A stretch of 64,000 nucleotides of DNA, from positions 372,001-436,000 of the forward strand of contig NW_019029012.1 in assembly GCF_002105155.1 (NCBI RefSeq). The letters run 5' to 3'. Under the pieces are notes generated by a model that worked only from the letters and a program-made list of their open reading frames with translations, did no database searches and was not told where the DNA came from. The stretch's first letter is position 1. The number at the start of each line of letters is the position of its first letter. A program made the position numbers and the translations under genes. Below, one piece after another: positions 62,773 to 64,000 of the stretch. The stretch is from Lobosporangium transversale. Its lineage: Eukaryota.

Positions 62773-63431
62773 AGTTTATCGTCTTGTACATCGGCTCCAT
62801 CCTTGCAGTTTTCAGTATTTGTAAATATCTGCCCAATACTATCGAGACTGTTGGTGTGTTGACCTTTGGATCCAATGAGGCTGGCAAGAATGCCATCAGA
62901 ACATCCTCTCAAATCCCCAAATTTCCTGCTCTCCGCATCGTCATGGCCCGTCACACAGTTGCGATGTTGTTCTCACTCGTTCATACGATCCTTATCTGGA
63001 TGGTCCCTCAAGTCTTGCACGGTCATCAGATGTCTGAACATTTCAATGCTGGGATCGCTTTTGCCTTTATCTGGTTCGTGGGCATGTCCTTCATCTCCAT
63101 CTTGTTCTTCCTCTCTCATCTCTTGACCGTCGATGGATTCCAAGCTCCTGCTACCATGTTATTGATCTTGATGCTCACATCTTCATCTGGTATCCTTGAT
63201 TGGGTCGTCATGCCTGGTTTCTTCCGTATCGGTATCGTCTTCCCATTCACCTATGCTATCCGAGGTTTGCGATGCATTTACTTTGGTTCCATGAGAAACC
63301 AGATGTGGATCAACTGGTTGGTCATCTTGGCTTGGATCGTCATCCCTGGTATGATCACCATGATCATGGCTCGCTCAGAGATCCGTCTAAGACGTCAAAA
63401 CATGCGTCGTACTCACAGCATCCAGGTTTAA
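61772..63431 (+). CDS. SNG1/DUF3533-like (YhgE/Pip, ABC-2-type membrane fold) protein, 2 exons, ~522 aa
   Basis: Exons 61772-62683 and 62775-63431. TM then YLGSLWSP..IILYNADTG, VEDGEVWGLLYIPANFS, FDQGRN; five C-terminal TMs with MPGFFRIGIVFPFTYAI. Confidence 0.8.
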
Positions 63432-63527
63432 GAAACGGAAAACAAAAAACGTTGTGTGATCAATATTTCTGTAGATATACCATTATAATATATACGGACA
63501 GTGTCCCCATCATTAATCAACATGAAG

Positions 63528-63558
<31 letters not shown>

Positions 63559-63737
63559 ATTATTAGAATCAAATAAATAGTAGATTCTACTGTGCAAATC
63601 ATGTTTATTAGAATTTTATGTTTTCGTTTATCATTTGTCCAAAACAAGCCTTGCTTAAAAGAATAGGGACATTCTAATATGGACATTGTGATCCAACTGA
63701 CCTCCCCCAAAAACCAATGTTACCTCGTGTCACTTTA

Positions 63738-64000
63738 TTAGTTGTGTGGCTGTGGGGTCGGCCTCCTTATTCTCTCCACTAGAATTCCCATTTGAGAAAA
63801 CACTAAAAACGTTACAGCACTAGCAGGTGCTGCTTTTAATAATCCAGGTAAAAGGCCCTTGTACAAGGCCAAGTACCCTTCCTGTTGAATAATTTGAGCC
63901 ATACATCTCCAAATAGTCGTAGGCAATACCTCCGACTTGGTCACCCTTATTGGGGGAACTCCGCCTCCTCTTTCTGATGCTGTTCCTGCCAGTGTCGATG
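63738..64000 (-). CDS. Mitochondrial carrier family protein, 3' end only (TPC1-like thiamine pyrophosphate carrier)
   Basis: CMAQIIQQEGYLALYKGLLPGLLKAAPASAVTFLVF is a third-repeat carrier motif; gene continues beyond the window. Confidence 0.75.
   Translation of the reverse strand, partial: STLAGTASERGGGVPPIRVTKSEVLPTTIWRCMAQIIQQEGYLALYKGLLPGLLKAAPASAVTFLVFSQMGILVERIRRPTPQPHN

Overview
Gene-dense eukaryotic DNA with short GT-AG introns and many long A/T homopolymers. Gene content, especially the intronless 'NPL(D/E)IPEI' F-box/LRR family, points to an early-diverging fungus, probably Mortierellaceae (inference). Housekeeping genes recognised after splicing by eye: GPI inositol-deacylase (BST1/PGAP1), a CINP/C1orf109-like protein, protein phosphatase inhibitor-2, URA5, TTC36, tyrosine aminotransferase, an SR-like RRM protein, a UCH deubiquitinase, a DUF202 protein, SEC16, an MIT-like protein, an SNG1/DUF3533 membrane protein and a partial mitochondrial carrier. 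Interleaved with them is an accessory layer: 6 intact and 2 broken F-box/LRR paralogs plus at least 4 orphan C-terminal fragments, an inverted segmental duplication, a repeat-bounded non-autonomous element, an AT-rich island with a PD-(D/E)XK-like gene, and a small secreted Cys-rich protein gene. Best leads: (1) TTC36 sits head-to-head with tyrosine aminotransferase, echoing the mammalian TTC36-HPD link to tyrosine catabolism; (2) the F-box/LRR array shows patch-wise amino-acid diversification and apparent C-terminal tail exchange near a conserved EWVST motif. All homology calls are from recognised motifs; no database search was run.
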